From assembly GCA_030753015.1 (NCBI GenBank), contig JASMDC010000011.1, positions 21,674 to 85,673 of the forward strand: a stretch of DNA of 64,000 nucleotides. Direction: 5' to 3'. Below are positions 33,592-43,200 of this stretch, piece by piece. A program made the translations under genes and the position numbers. Within the stretch, counting starts at the first letter, position 1; the number at the start of each line of letters is the position of its first letter. The notes beneath the pieces are model-generated. The model searched no databases. It was given only the letters and a program-made list of their open reading frames with translations, and was not told the origin of the DNA. Origin of the DNA: Candidatus Undinarchaeales archaeon. GTDB lineage: Archaea > SpSt-1190 > JASMDC01.

Positions 33592-34203
33592 GTGGTGGGC
33601 TTGGCGATGAGCAGGCAAAGGAAACTCGTGCCGTTGGAGAAGTACCTTGTCAGTGGCGTACATATCGGCACCCGCCAGAAGATGAAGGATATGAGCGAGT
33701 TCATTTACAAGCTCCGTCCTGACGGTCTGGCCGTGATGAACATCCAGAAGATCGACGAGCGCCTGCGGGTAGTCTCCCGATTCCTATCCCGGTACGAACC
33801 TGGCGAGGTTCTGGTCGTGGCAGCCCGTGAGACCGCCAAGAAACCGATCCGCAAGTTCGCCGAGGCCACGGGGTGCAAGCCCTGCATTGGACGGTTCATG
33901 CCCGGGACCCTTACAAATCCTGCTTACGAGAAGTACACTGAGCCGAGGGTCGTGTTCGTCAATGATCCGATCGCCGACAAGCAGTGTATCACCGAGGCCA
34001 TGGAGGTGGGTATCCCCATCGTGTCCCTCTGTGATACCAACCACATTAAAGAGAACATCGACCTGATCATCCCCGCCAACAACAAGGGGAAGAAGTCGCT
34101 CGGGCTGGTCTACTGGATCATCGCTAAGGAGATGCTCATCGAGCGCGGGGTCCTTCCTCCGGATGTCGAGTACGAAGTACCAGTGGAAGAGTTCGGAGGC
34201 TAA
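33592..34203 (+). CDS. rps2: 30S ribosomal protein uS2
   Basis: 203-aa ORF. LVSGVHIGTRQKMKDMSEFIYKLRPDGLAVMNIQK...SLCDTN...IPANNKG are uS2 signatures. GTG directly after the rrp42 stop; alternative ATG at 33607. Confidence 0.9.
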   Translation: MVGLAMSRQRKLVPLEKYLVSGVHIGTRQKMKDMSEFIYKLRPDGLAVMNIQKIDERLRVVSRFLSRYEPGEVLVVAARETAKKPIRKFAEATGCKPCIGRFMPGTLTNPAYEKYTEPRVVFVNDPIADKQCITEAMEVGIPIVSLCDTNHIKENIDLIIPANNKGKKSLGLVYWIIAKEMLIERGVLPPDVEYEVPVEEFGG

Positions 34204-34206
34204 GAT

Positions 34207-35046
34207 ATGCTACGGCTCCCGGCAGTGGCGGGCCAGCATTACTTTGCAGATACTGATAAGCTCGAGCTCCAGATCAAGCACTGTTTCACCCATGAGCTCG
34301 GTCCCGGAGCGCTCCCTGGAGAGCGCTCGGACAAGCGTATACACGGCATCATCGTCCCCCACGGTGCGTTCATGTTCTCCGGTGCCTGCGCGGCCCATGC
34401 CTACAAGTTGATCGGTGAGTCCGCGAAGCCGGACGTTGTCATCATCGTCGGACCCAACCACACGGGCACTGGTGCAGGCCTTGCCGTCTACCCGGCCGGC
34501 GCGTGGAAGACGCCGTTGGGGGAAGTGAAGGTGGACGAGGCGTTCGCCAAGACCATCGTGAAACACGGTGAGATGCTCGACCTGGACGAGATGGCGCACC
34601 AGTACGAGCCATCCATCGAGACACAGCTTCCGTTCCTCCAGTTCGTGCTCCCCGACGTCCCTATCGTCCCCATCCTAATGATGATCCACGACATGGACGC
34701 CTGCGACGACGTCGCCTTCTCGATCGTCGACGCTGCTGAGGAGATGAAGAAGAAGGTGCTCATCATCGCTTCCTCGGACTTCTCGCACTTCGTCCCCGCC
34801 CGCGTGGCATCGGAGCTGGACGATCTGGTGCTCCAGAACATCGAGAAGCTCGACGAGGAGCGTCTGATGAAGACCATCGAGCGTAAGAAGGTCTCCATGT
34901 GCGGATTCGCGCCCGTGAGCGCGATGATGGTCGCCTGTAAGGAGATGGGCGCCAAGAGTGCCCGTGTGCTCAAGTACTACACTTCGGGTGAGATCCTAAA
35001 CGACAACACCCAGGTCAATGGCTACGCATCGTGTGTCGTGGAGTAA
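34207..35046 (+). CDS. MEMO1-family protein (AmmeMemoRadiSam system protein B-like)
   Basis: 279-aa ORF. PAVAGQHYFAD..., IIVPHGAFMFSG, GPNHTG and HQYEPSIETQLPFLQ are characteristic motifs. Confidence 0.85.
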   Translation: MLRLPAVAGQHYFADTDKLELQIKHCFTHELGPGALPGERSDKRIHGIIVPHGAFMFSGACAAHAYKLIGESAKPDVVIIVGPNHTGTGAGLAVYPAGAWKTPLGEVKVDEAFAKTIVKHGEMLDLDEMAHQYEPSIETQLPFLQFVLPDVPIVPILMMIHDMDACDDVAFSIVDAAEEMKKKVLIIASSDFSHFVPARVASELDDLVLQNIEKLDEERLMKTIERKKVSMCGFAPVSAMMVACKEMGAKSARVLKYYTSGEILNDNTQVNGYASCVVE

Positions 35047-35145
35047 CGCTCGCATCATCTCCGAGACGTTCGGACGAGGCACCTCCTATACAAGCCTTAT
35101 AAATATCAACGGGTATCAATACAGTACGCTCGGAGGGCGAGAACC

Positions 35146-35406
35146 ATGGAGGAAACAGCGACCTGGCTCAAGGACGTTCTCGGGGGTGAGAAGCGGCTCC
35201 ATGAGGTCCTCGAAAAGCTCGAGGGGAATGAGAAGCTCTCTCTCCATTGGTTCGAGAAGCTCGGCGCGATCATCGACGAGCATGGCGCGGAGATCGATGA
35301 TACCATGGTGATCCGCCTCTCCACCCTTCTGGACGAGTTCGGACGGCTCGCGTCCACCAGTTCCTGTCTCCGTTCGGAGATAGAGTTCATCCTCAAGAAG
35401 AGCTGA
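35146..35406 (+). CDS. Small hypothetical helical protein
   Basis: 86-aa ORF. GGAGGG lies upstream of the ATG and the TATA-like CTTATAAATAT lies about 40 nt upstream. Confidence 0.5.
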   Translation: MEETATWLKDVLGGEKRLHEVLEKLEGNEKLSLHWFEKLGAIIDEHGAEIDDTMVIRLSTLLDEFGRLASTSSCLRSEIEFILKKS

Positions 35407-35433
35407 GGCTGCTGGCCTCCAGAGGCGTTCCAC

Positions 35434-36573
35434 GTGGAGAGGATTAGCAACATAATCATTGTAGGAACGGCGCACGTCTCTGCCGACTCAATCGATGAGG
35501 TGCGTTCCGTGATCTCAAAGGAACGTCCTGGTGCTGTCGCCGTGGAACTGGACGAGAAGCGCTACAAGTCACTCGTTGAGGGAAAGGACTGGCGGAAGGA
35601 GCCCATCGCCGATCTTCTTCGCTCCGACCGGCTCTACATCGCCCTGGCCAACGCGTTGATGCTCGCTTTCCAGCGAATGGTCGGACAACGTGTCGGCAGC
35701 CGCCCGGGGGAGGAGATGCTGGCCGCGATCGAAGCGGCGAAAGAGGTGGACGCCGAGGTAGTGCTCGTGGACAGGGACATCACCAAGACCCTTCGCCGGG
35801 CTTTGGACGAGATGAGCGTTAGGGAGAAGTACGGTATACTCAAGGAGCTGCTGTCCCCTGACGACGAGGTTCTCCAGACGGAGGTGGACGAGCTCCTGGA
35901 GACCTACAAGGACGCCAATGTCATCTCGGAACTTGTCGACCAGCTGCGTGAATTGTCGCCTGGCGCCCACCGCGTGCTCCTGGCAGAACGGGACGCCTAC
36001 ATGGCACGTCGCATCCAGGCCGCGGCGAAGGACCGTTCAGTCGTCGCCGTGGTAGGCGCAGCTCACGCCAACGGCATAGCCACTCACTTGCGCACCGAGG
36101 AGGAGATCCCGGAGGTCGAGATCGTGGAGCGCCGGCACTGGGGCCGCATGTTCCTGTACGCACTCCCCTTCATGTTCGTTGCCGTGTTCCTGCTGGCCAT
36201 GCTCAAGGGAGTGGCCATCGGTCCAGAGCTCGGCCGGTGGGTGCTCATCAACGGTGCGCTTTCGGCACTGTGCACGCTGCTCGTGCGCGGGAGCATCCCT
36301 GCCATCGTCATAGCGTTCCTGGCCGCCCCAATCACGAGCCTCTCACCGTTCCTGGCCGCGGGATGGTTCGCCGGACTGACGGAGGCATGGTGGCGGCGGT
36401 TGACGGTGGAGGACCTGGAGGACCTGACGAAGATCGAGGATATGGACGATCTCATGGCCAATAGCGCCTTTCGCGTGCTCCTCGTGGGAGCTGCGGCGAA
36501 CATAGGGAGCACCATAGGGACCTTCGTGAGCATCCCTGCAGTGCTCACTCCCATCCTCACAAAGCTAGGATGA
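35434..36573 (+). CDS. TraB/GumN-family protein
   Basis: 379-aa ORF (GTG start). IVGTAHVSADSIDEVRSVI...PGAVAVELDEKRY signature and C-terminal TM helices. Confidence 0.85.
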   Translation: MERISNIIIVGTAHVSADSIDEVRSVISKERPGAVAVELDEKRYKSLVEGKDWRKEPIADLLRSDRLYIALANALMLAFQRMVGQRVGSRPGEEMLAAIEAAKEVDAEVVLVDRDITKTLRRALDEMSVREKYGILKELLSPDDEVLQTEVDELLETYKDANVISELVDQLRELSPGAHRVLLAERDAYMARRIQAAAKDRSVVAVVGAAHANGIATHLRTEEEIPEVEIVERRHWGRMFLYALPFMFVAVFLLAMLKGVAIGPELGRWVLINGALSALCTLLVRGSIPAIVIAFLAAPITSLSPFLAAGWFAGLTEAWWRRLTVEDLEDLTKIEDMDDLMANSAFRVLLVGAAANIGSTIGTFVSIPAVLTPILTKLG

Positions 36574-36612
36574 GAGGCGTGCAACCCATCTGGGAAGTTT
36601 AATAAAGCCTTA

Positions 36613-38031
36613 GTGGTTATCGGCATCGTGGCACTGCCACTTACGCTGCCAGTCATCCTTCTCTTTATCGAGTTCGTCGTAGCCATCATCCTTGTGTACT
36701 TCGGCAGCGAGTGGGTGGTCGACTCGGCGTCGGCCATGGCGCTCTATCTCGGAGTGTCCTCCGCCTTCATCGGCCTCACCCTCATCTCGGTGGGGACATC
36801 GATCCCGGAGATCGCCGTTTCGACGACTGCGGCGTTCAAGGGGTATGGCGGAGTGTCCGGTGGCAACATCATCGGCTCGGACCTTGTCCAGATCACCCTC
36901 ATCCTGGGCATCTGTGCCTTCATCCGCCCCATCTTCATGGAGCGGTCCGAGGTACGCCAGGACGGTATCATCATGCTCGCGGCCGCGACCCTTGGTATCC
37001 TCGCGATGCTCACGGGGACCTGTGCGCACACGCTCCAGTGCGAACCTGGCCCGGATACGTTCAGCTGCATCGACCGTAGCGGCGAGTTCACATCCCACCT
37101 TGAGTACATCGAGGCCTCCGGAAAGGCAAGATTGATCATGGGACTCGATATGCACGACGCGGAGCTCACCGTCGTGTGCGAGGGCGACGATCCGCCGGGA
37201 CAGGACATCCCGTTCAACAAAGATACCCTGTGCATCCCCGAGAAGATCTCGCTCATCGAGGACGAAGTGGATTCGGACTCGTGCATGTGCAAGAAAGTGT
37301 TCGGGAACGACGGTGACATTACCATCACCTGCAAGAACGTGTTGGTCCGGTACGATACTGAGCTCGACCAAACGACCGGGACGGTCGAGGTGACCTATCT
37401 CGATCCGAGCACCCAACAGCTGTCAAAGGTGAACGCCACCTGTACCTCGAACGCCGCCTCGGCGACCTTCGACACCGGGTGTGTCACGCGGTTCGAGGGG
37501 CTGGGACTTGCCCTGCTCTATATCTGTTACGTGATCTATCTCTACAAGCACTCCACTCCGCCCGAGGAGATCCAGCAGTCCAAGATCACCCGGGAGAAGG
37601 CCGTGGTGCTCCTGATAGCGGGATTCATCTTTGTGGTGGTGGGGAGCAACATGCTCGTTCGCACGTCCGTGAACCTAGCCATCATGTTCGGCGTCCCTGC
37701 CTTCATCATCGGCATGACGATGGTCGGCTTCGGCACATCGCTGCCCGAGCTGATCATCTCGGCCATGGCCGCCTATAAAGGGGAGGAGGAGATGAGCCTG
37801 GGCAACCTCGTGGGCAGCAATATCACCGATCCGCTCTTTTCCATAGGCTTCGGCGCCTTCATGGGCGGGAACATCATCGTCAACTCGGGTCTGGTGCGCA
37901 GCAACGGCCTCTACATGCTGATCTGCTCTGCAGTGGCAGTCGCCATAATGTGGCGCACAGGTCGCGTAGGGCGCAAGGCCGCTTTCCTCCTGTCCGGCCT
38001 CTATTTTGTGTACCTGTACTTCCTGTTCTGA
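36613..38031 (+). CDS. CaCA-family sodium/calcium exchanger with a large Cys-rich central insertion
   Basis: 472-aa ORF. Alpha-repeat motifs GTSIPEIAVS and GTSLPELIIS are separated by about 190 non-hydrophobic residues containing many Cys. Start uncertain (GTG at 36613 or 36628). Confidence 0.85.
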   Translation: MVIGIVALPLTLPVILLFIEFVVAIILVYFGSEWVVDSASAMALYLGVSSAFIGLTLISVGTSIPEIAVSTTAAFKGYGGVSGGNIIGSDLVQITLILGICAFIRPIFMERSEVRQDGIIMLAAATLGILAMLTGTCAHTLQCEPGPDTFSCIDRSGEFTSHLEYIEASGKARLIMGLDMHDAELTVVCEGDDPPGQDIPFNKDTLCIPEKISLIEDEVDSDSCMCKKVFGNDGDITITCKNVLVRYDTELDQTTGTVEVTYLDPSTQQLSKVNATCTSNAASATFDTGCVTRFEGLGLALLYICYVIYLYKHSTPPEEIQQSKITREKAVVLLIAGFIFVVVGSNMLVRTSVNLAIMFGVPAFIIGMTMVGFGTSLPELIISAMAAYKGEEEMSLGNLVGSNITDPLFSIGFGAFMGGNIIVNSGLVRSNGLYMLICSAVAVAIMWRTGRVGRKAAFLLSGLYFVYLYFLF

Positions 38032-38071
38032 ACGAGCGGTAGGCGATCCCGTCGTATATATGCTCGTGTCC

Positions 38072-39283
38072 CTACTCGTCGCCGACCTCGTACCCGCCGA
38101 CGCGGCGCATCCCGGAGGCCGCGAAAGCCGCGTATCCGGTAGCTGCTCGGATGACCTCGCTAACGGGGACATGCTCGTCAGGGCGATGGGCCAGCGACTC
38201 GTCGCCCGGCCCGAATCCCACGGTCGGGATGTTGCGGACACCGGCCGTGTACGCCCCGTCGGTGCTGAAGTTCCATACGGTCGCTTCCGGTGAGAGCCCG
38301 ACGGCCTCCAGCGTCCGGAGGCACCCTTGGCCCAGGGCCGAGCCGTCGGGGAGCAGCCAGGCCGGGTAGAACGCCTCACCTTCCACCTGGAGCCCTGTGT
38401 GGCATCTGAGCTGGTGGTGCCTGAGCTTGGCCAGAGCACCCTCCAGGCCGATGGATTCGATGAGCTCGCTGTACTGGTCCACAACGTCCTCTGCGGTCTC
38501 ACCCATCACGGTCCGACGGTCGACCTGTACGGTGCATCGCTCGGGGACCACGGGGCCGTCACCGGGCGAGCAACCGATACCTACAGCGCACTGAGTGCCT
38601 CTGCCAAGGAGGTCGTGAGCGGGCAGCTGGATAGTGTCCAGCCGGTCCAGAACACGTGTCATCCCCATGAGCGCGTTCTCACCCAGATGCGGCATGCTCG
38701 CGTGGGCCGATACGCCAGCTGTCGTTAACGTGACCTCGGCACGGCCCCGGTGACCGATGGCCAGGTCGAGGCCCGTGGCCTCGCCGAGGATCACGAGGGC
38801 GGGCTCGTGGACACGCCCCTCTTCGAGCAGGTGGCGCATGGCAAGGCCCTCGCACGTCTCCTCGTGAACAACGAAGCACACGATACGCTCACCAGGTGGC
38901 TCGATACCGGCCTTTGCCAGGACGTCGCCCATGAACGCCATGGCTGCCAGCGCGCCCTTCATGTCGACGGCGCCGCGGCCAAAGACCTGGCCGTCAACGA
39001 CCGTCCCGCAGAATGGCTCGCACGACCATGCCTCCCTATCTCCAGGAGGGACAGTGTCCATGTGACCATTGAAGAGGATCGAAGGGCCGTCGCCACCGTC
39101 GATCCGGCCCACCACGGAGCCCAGAGGATCGATGAACACCTCATCGAAGGTACGGTCCAAGCGGTCCAGTAGGAGCTCGGCCACCGCTCCTTCGTCACCT
39201 GAGAGGGAGGGGGTCCTCACCAGTCGCTGGCAGAACCTGACGATGTCGTCCTCGACAAGATGGGCGGCCCTGGCGATGTCCAT
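38072..39283 (-). CDS. M20-family metallopeptidase/deacylase (ArgE/DapE/YgeY-like)
   Basis: 403-aa ORF. Motifs ILFNGHMDTVPPG and GRGAVDMKGALAAM. Confidence 0.85.
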   Translation of the reverse strand: MDIARAAHLVEDDIVRFCQRLVRTPSLSGDEGAVAELLLDRLDRTFDEVFIDPLGSVVGRIDGGDGPSILFNGHMDTVPPGDREAWSCEPFCGTVVDGQVFGRGAVDMKGALAAMAFMGDVLAKAGIEPPGERIVCFVVHEETCEGLAMRHLLEEGRVHEPALVILGEATGLDLAIGHRGRAEVTLTTAGVSAHASMPHLGENALMGMTRVLDRLDTIQLPAHDLLGRGTQCAVGIGCSPGDGPVVPERCTVQVDRRTVMGETAEDVVDQYSELIESIGLEGALAKLRHHQLRCHTGLQVEGEAFYPAWLLPDGSALGQGCLRTLEAVGLSPEATVWNFSTDGAYTAGVRNIPTVGFGPGDESLAHRPDEHVPVSEVIRAATGYAAFAASGMRRVGGYEVGDE

Positions 39284-39367
39284 GTAGCTCCAGAAGGAGT
39301 AAAGGATTATATTGACATCGTACGAGGATAGTCGCCCGGTGCAGAAGATTAATAATCATTGTAACAT

Positions 39368-40441
39368 ATGGAACAGGGGATTAGGTTGGAACGTCCTTCT
39401 ACGACAAGCCTCATAGGGATTCTTGTCCTGCTACTATCGATTGGATACTTCTGGAGTACAGATGACGTGACGGAAGCCGAACTCGTAGTCCCATCAGATG
39501 CTACTCCCGATGTCGACGCTCTTATCATCGACTTGCGCACAGGTGATACAGAGACTCGGTCTCGGGCTGCACAAGTGCTCATCAAGCATGGTCCTTTTGC
39601 AGTGGACTCTCTCTCAGAAATCATACAGGATGATGATCCTGCAGTCCGACAGTGGATCGCCATCGTCATGGGAAACATTAACCATCCACGGGCCGTGAAG
39701 CTTCTCCTCACCCTCCTCAAGGATGAAAACGCGACCGTTAGGTTCCACACGGTGCTAGCTCTGTCCAGCTTGAACGATACTCGTGCTATTGCCCCGCTCA
39801 TAGAGATGCAGATGGACCCTGATCATGAAGTAAGGGTGGTCGTCGCCGAGGCACTCAAGGAGCTGGGCTATACCGAGCCCACACCCACGGAGCGCCCCCT
39901 AGACGAGCTGTTTGATGATATTAAGGACAAGGAGATCAAGAATAGGGACCTCGCAGCTGCGGAACTTGCCGCGCAAGGGGAGCGTGCCATTGAACCGCTA
40001 CTGGTCGAACTGAACGGGACGGACGCGAACGGAAGGGAGATGGCGGCGCGTGTGCTCGGGGAAATCGGCAATCCCCGTTCCGTGGACCCGCTCGTTGTAG
40101 CCCTTAACGATGAGAGCGACCTGGTCAGGGAGAGCGCAGCGCTCGCACTTGGCGCGGTGAACGATACAAGGGCCATCCCAGGTCTCATCGCAGCGCTCAA
40201 TGACACCTCATCATATGTGAGGGAGAACGCGGCCCAATCCCTCGGCCAGATCCATGATTCCAGGGCCGTCGAACCACTAATAGGATTGCTGAGTGACAGT
40301 GATGCTGACGTTCGAGCAGCTGCCGCAAGGAGTCTCGGTGAACTGGGTGACCCGCGCGCTGCAGATCAGCTTAAGACACTCCTCGAGGACGAGATGGACT
40401 ATGTGCGCGAGGCTGCCAGGATGGCCCTTGAGACGCTCTAG
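39368..40441 (+). CDS. Membrane-anchored HEAT (PBS-lyase type) repeat protein
   Basis: 357-aa ORF with an N-terminal TM helix. At least 8 repeats of the D..VR..AA.ALG.i.d.RAv.pLi..L type. Confidence 0.8.
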   Translation: MEQGIRLERPSTTSLIGILVLLLSIGYFWSTDDVTEAELVVPSDATPDVDALIIDLRTGDTETRSRAAQVLIKHGPFAVDSLSEIIQDDDPAVRQWIAIVMGNINHPRAVKLLLTLLKDENATVRFHTVLALSSLNDTRAIAPLIEMQMDPDHEVRVVVAEALKELGYTEPTPTERPLDELFDDIKDKEIKNRDLAAAELAAQGERAIEPLLVELNGTDANGREMAARVLGEIGNPRSVDPLVVALNDESDLVRESAALALGAVNDTRAIPGLIAALNDTSSYVRENAAQSLGQIHDSRAVEPLIGLLSDSDADVRAAAARSLGELGDPRAADQLKTLLEDEMDYVREAARMALETL

Positions 40442-40478
40442 TCAAATATAGTACTGTTTATATTTTGTACACTCAATA

Positions 40479-40526
40479 AATACGTACTATACGCAATTTT
40501 TAATACGTACTAATACATACGTATTA
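40479..40526 (+). promoter_or_regulatory. Repeated AATACGTACTA boxes upstream of the adhesin gene
   Basis: Identical 11-mers at 40479-40489 and 40502-40512, plus a degenerate CATACGTATTA at 40516-40526. The TACGTA core is palindromic. The ATG is at 40542. Confidence 0.45.
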
Positions 40527-40541
40527 TCAGGGAACAGCCCA

Positions 40542-43109
40542 ATGTCAGCTTCTACGAGGCGCAAGGATGATTCCGCTCCCGTGAGAGGACAGGCAGGCCT
40601 TGAGTTCTTAGCTACCTACGGGACCATGATCCTCGTAGTGGCAATGGCCGGAGGTGCCATGCACTCCATTGGATTGTTCAACAGTGAATTATATGAAAGG
40701 GGTTCCTGCGTCGGCGGCCATGTCATTCAGTACCGTGACCACGTGTTCGGCGCGAACGGGGAGTTCCGGCTCCATCTCTTCAACGGAGCTGGGAAGCACA
40801 TCAACATCACCTCGATCGATGTGGCCTATCCGGAGAAGGATGAGTATCACCAGGGTAACACCGCACTGGAGCTCGTGGAAGCAGGTCATGGGATAGTAGT
40901 CATGCGAAGCTCCTTCAGAGAACTAGAGGAAGGTCGTAGGTACTCGGCTCAAGTGCGTATCAACTTCGACGAAGTGCACGGCATGTCGGACCACACAGAG
41001 GTCATGGTATGTACAGGACACCTGGTCAAATTTGACAACACGACGACGTTATCACCCTCAGTTTCTCCGACCGCCACTCCAACTCCCACACCCACGCCCA
41101 CTCCCACGCCCACACCCACGCCCACACCCACCCCGGGTCCATCCCCGGGCCCGCTGTGTTGTGGTGACAAGGACACTCCTGTGCTCTACAACGACATGGG
41201 GAACAAACCGGACTGCTCTAACCTCCCCGCGGCGAACAAGACCATCAAGCTCGTGGATAGCGAATGCAATCCGTTACCGAACGTTCGGGTGAACCTCCGT
41301 CGGTCTAACGGGGGCTATATCACCAACGCACGGACGGACGCGAACGGTGTGGCGGATTTCAGTGGGTACAGCGGCCGTGCCACCCCTGACTTCTTCGAGA
41401 TCGATTATAACGGTGCGACCTATCCCACAGCACCGGGCACCTTCGACACAGGTATAGCACTCCAGACGAGAGAGTATCAGATACAATTCAAGAACCATGA
41501 ATGCAACCCCATTCCCAACGCTCGAGTGAACTTGCGTCGCTCGAACGGTAGATACGTTACTCGGGCCAATACGGACGCCAACGGTTATGCTGTCTTCGAA
41601 GTGGTACCCGAATCCTCTATGCGGTTTGAGGTGAACTACAACGGTGGCACACTGATGACCGATCCGATGCCTCCGAACATCGACGTCATAGTCAGTGCCA
41701 GGGCCTACAGGCTCTACTTACTCAACAGCACTGGTGATCCCATCGAGAATGTCCGTGTGAATCTGCGCCGGTCCGACAACAGACACCTTCTGTACACACG
41801 GACGGATACTGAGGGCATAGCATCCGTGGATGTGCTTCCTGACCTACCTCTGCTCTTCGAGGTGGATTACAATGGGGCCACCCACAGGACGAACGTTACA
41901 ACGACCCACGAGCTCGAGACCGTGCGTACACATGCGTTTGACCTTGAGTTGACGGACAGCGATGACCAGCCCATTGAGAGCGTACGCGTGAGACTCCGCC
42001 GGTCCAACAACAGGAATGTGATGAGCGCGTACACGAACGCCACAGGTATCGCACGATTCCAGGTCCTCCCTGAGGCACAAATGAAGATGGAGCTTACGTA
42101 CCACGGTGTGACCCATCAAACAGAACCCACTACGGTCAGCGAGGATACCCAGCTCTCCGTCCAGACCTTGGCCTTCGCCTTGAACGTAACTAACAGCACT
42201 GGTTATCCCATCGAGAACGTCAGAGTGAACCTCCGCCGATCAAATAACAGGAATGTAATGAACGTACGTACCAACGCCTCGGGCATCGCGAAATTCGAGG
42301 TGTTACCGGGCGCTCAGATGCGGTTCCAGCTGGACTACAACGGTGGGACGTACACTACGAACGTCACGACAGTGACCGAGAACACGATGCTTGCTCTCCA
42401 GACATTGGCCTTTGCCTTAAGCATTTCTGACAGTACTGGTGCTCCCATCGAGAACGTCAGAGTGTACCTCCGCCGATTAAATAACAGGAATGTGAAGAAC
42501 TCACGCACCAATGCATCGGGCATCGTATCATTTGAGGTTTTACCGGGCACTCAGATGCGATTTATGGTGGACTACAACCGTGAGAGGTACACCACGAACG
42601 TCACGACAGTGAGCGCGAACACGCTACTTACTCTCCAGACCTTGGCTTTTGCCTTGAGCGTTACTGACAGTACTGGTGCTCCCATCGAGAATGCCAGAGT
42701 GAACCTCCGCCAATCAAATAACAGGTATGTAAGGTATTCACGCACCAACGTCTCGGGCATCGCATCATTCGAGGTCTTACCGGATGTTCAAATGAGACTT
42801 GAGTTGGACTACAACCGAGGTAAATACACTACGAACGTCACGACAGTGAGTGAGAACACGTTGTTAAACATCCAGACCCAGCCTCTAACAGCACACCTCA
42901 CGTCCTCTGGTGTCGACCTCATAAATCATCGGGTAGATCTGCTCCGTTCGAATGGGGGCTATGTGAAGAACCTGAGAACGAGCACTGATGGACGGGCCAC
43001 CTTCGAGGTCGTACCGGGTGCGATGCACCGACTACGCTCAACATACAACCGTGTTACCTGGAGGACCGACCCGATGGAGGGGCCGGCAGAGGTGGAACAC
43101 GACTTCTAA
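40542..43109 (+). CDS. Large surface protein with archaeal class III (type IV prepilin-like) signal peptide, Pro-Thr linker and 8 tandem Ig/CarboxypepD_reg-like repeats
   Basis: 855-aa ORF. VRG/QAGLEFLATYGTMILVVAMAGG matches the K/R-G|Q..LE.L prepilin signal. (TP)n linker at 41055-41153. Eight units of about 79 aa, each with a VRVNLRRSN.....RT(D/N)A.G.A.FEV core. Confidence 0.85.
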   Translation: MSASTRRKDDSAPVRGQAGLEFLATYGTMILVVAMAGGAMHSIGLFNSELYERGSCVGGHVIQYRDHVFGANGEFRLHLFNGAGKHINITSIDVAYPEKDEYHQGNTALELVEAGHGIVVMRSSFRELEEGRRYSAQVRINFDEVHGMSDHTEVMVCTGHLVKFDNTTTLSPSVSPTATPTPTPTPTPTPTPTPTPTPGPSPGPLCCGDKDTPVLYNDMGNKPDCSNLPAANKTIKLVDSECNPLPNVRVNLRRSNGGYITNARTDANGVADFSGYSGRATPDFFEIDYNGATYPTAPGTFDTGIALQTREYQIQFKNHECNPIPNARVNLRRSNGRYVTRANTDANGYAVFEVVPESSMRFEVNYNGGTLMTDPMPPNIDVIVSARAYRLYLLNSTGDPIENVRVNLRRSDNRHLLYTRTDTEGIASVDVLPDLPLLFEVDYNGATHRTNVTTTHELETVRTHAFDLELTDSDDQPIESVRVRLRRSNNRNVMSAYTNATGIARFQVLPEAQMKMELTYHGVTHQTEPTTVSEDTQLSVQTLAFALNVTNSTGYPIENVRVNLRRSNNRNVMNVRTNASGIAKFEVLPGAQMRFQLDYNGGTYTTNVTTVTENTMLALQTLAFALSISDSTGAPIENVRVYLRRLNNRNVKNSRTNASGIVSFEVLPGTQMRFMVDYNRERYTTNVTTVSANTLLTLQTLAFALSVTDSTGAPIENARVNLRQSNNRYVRYSRTNVSGIASFEVLPDVQMRLELDYNRGKYTTNVTTVSENTLLNIQTQPLTAHLTSSGVDLINHRVDLLRSNGGYVKNLRTSTDGRATFEVVPGAMHRLRSTYNRVTWRTDPMEGPAEVEHDF
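41241..43106 (+). repeat. Eight tandem ~237-bp coding repeats inside the adhesin gene
   Basis: Period 77-79 codons, anchored on the RVNLRRS motif at residues about 249, 328, 405, 482, 561, 640, 719 and 797. Units 5-7 are nearly identical at the protein level. Confidence 0.85.
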
Positions 43110-43200
43110 TCAGTGGTCACCGTTGGTCAAGGCGATCCGAAGTCAGCGCTCACGCTATCCCGAGTGGAAAATAGAAAAGAAAAGGCAGGGGGCTGGAGGA

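Noticed and set aside
41055-43106. Periodic DNA (hexanucleotide ACNCCN run and 237-bp tandem units) considered as a CRISPR array or satellite
   Set aside because: The periodicity is in frame within one long ORF and encodes a (TP)n linker and protein domain repeats. There is no repeat-spacer structure with unique spacers and no cas genes.
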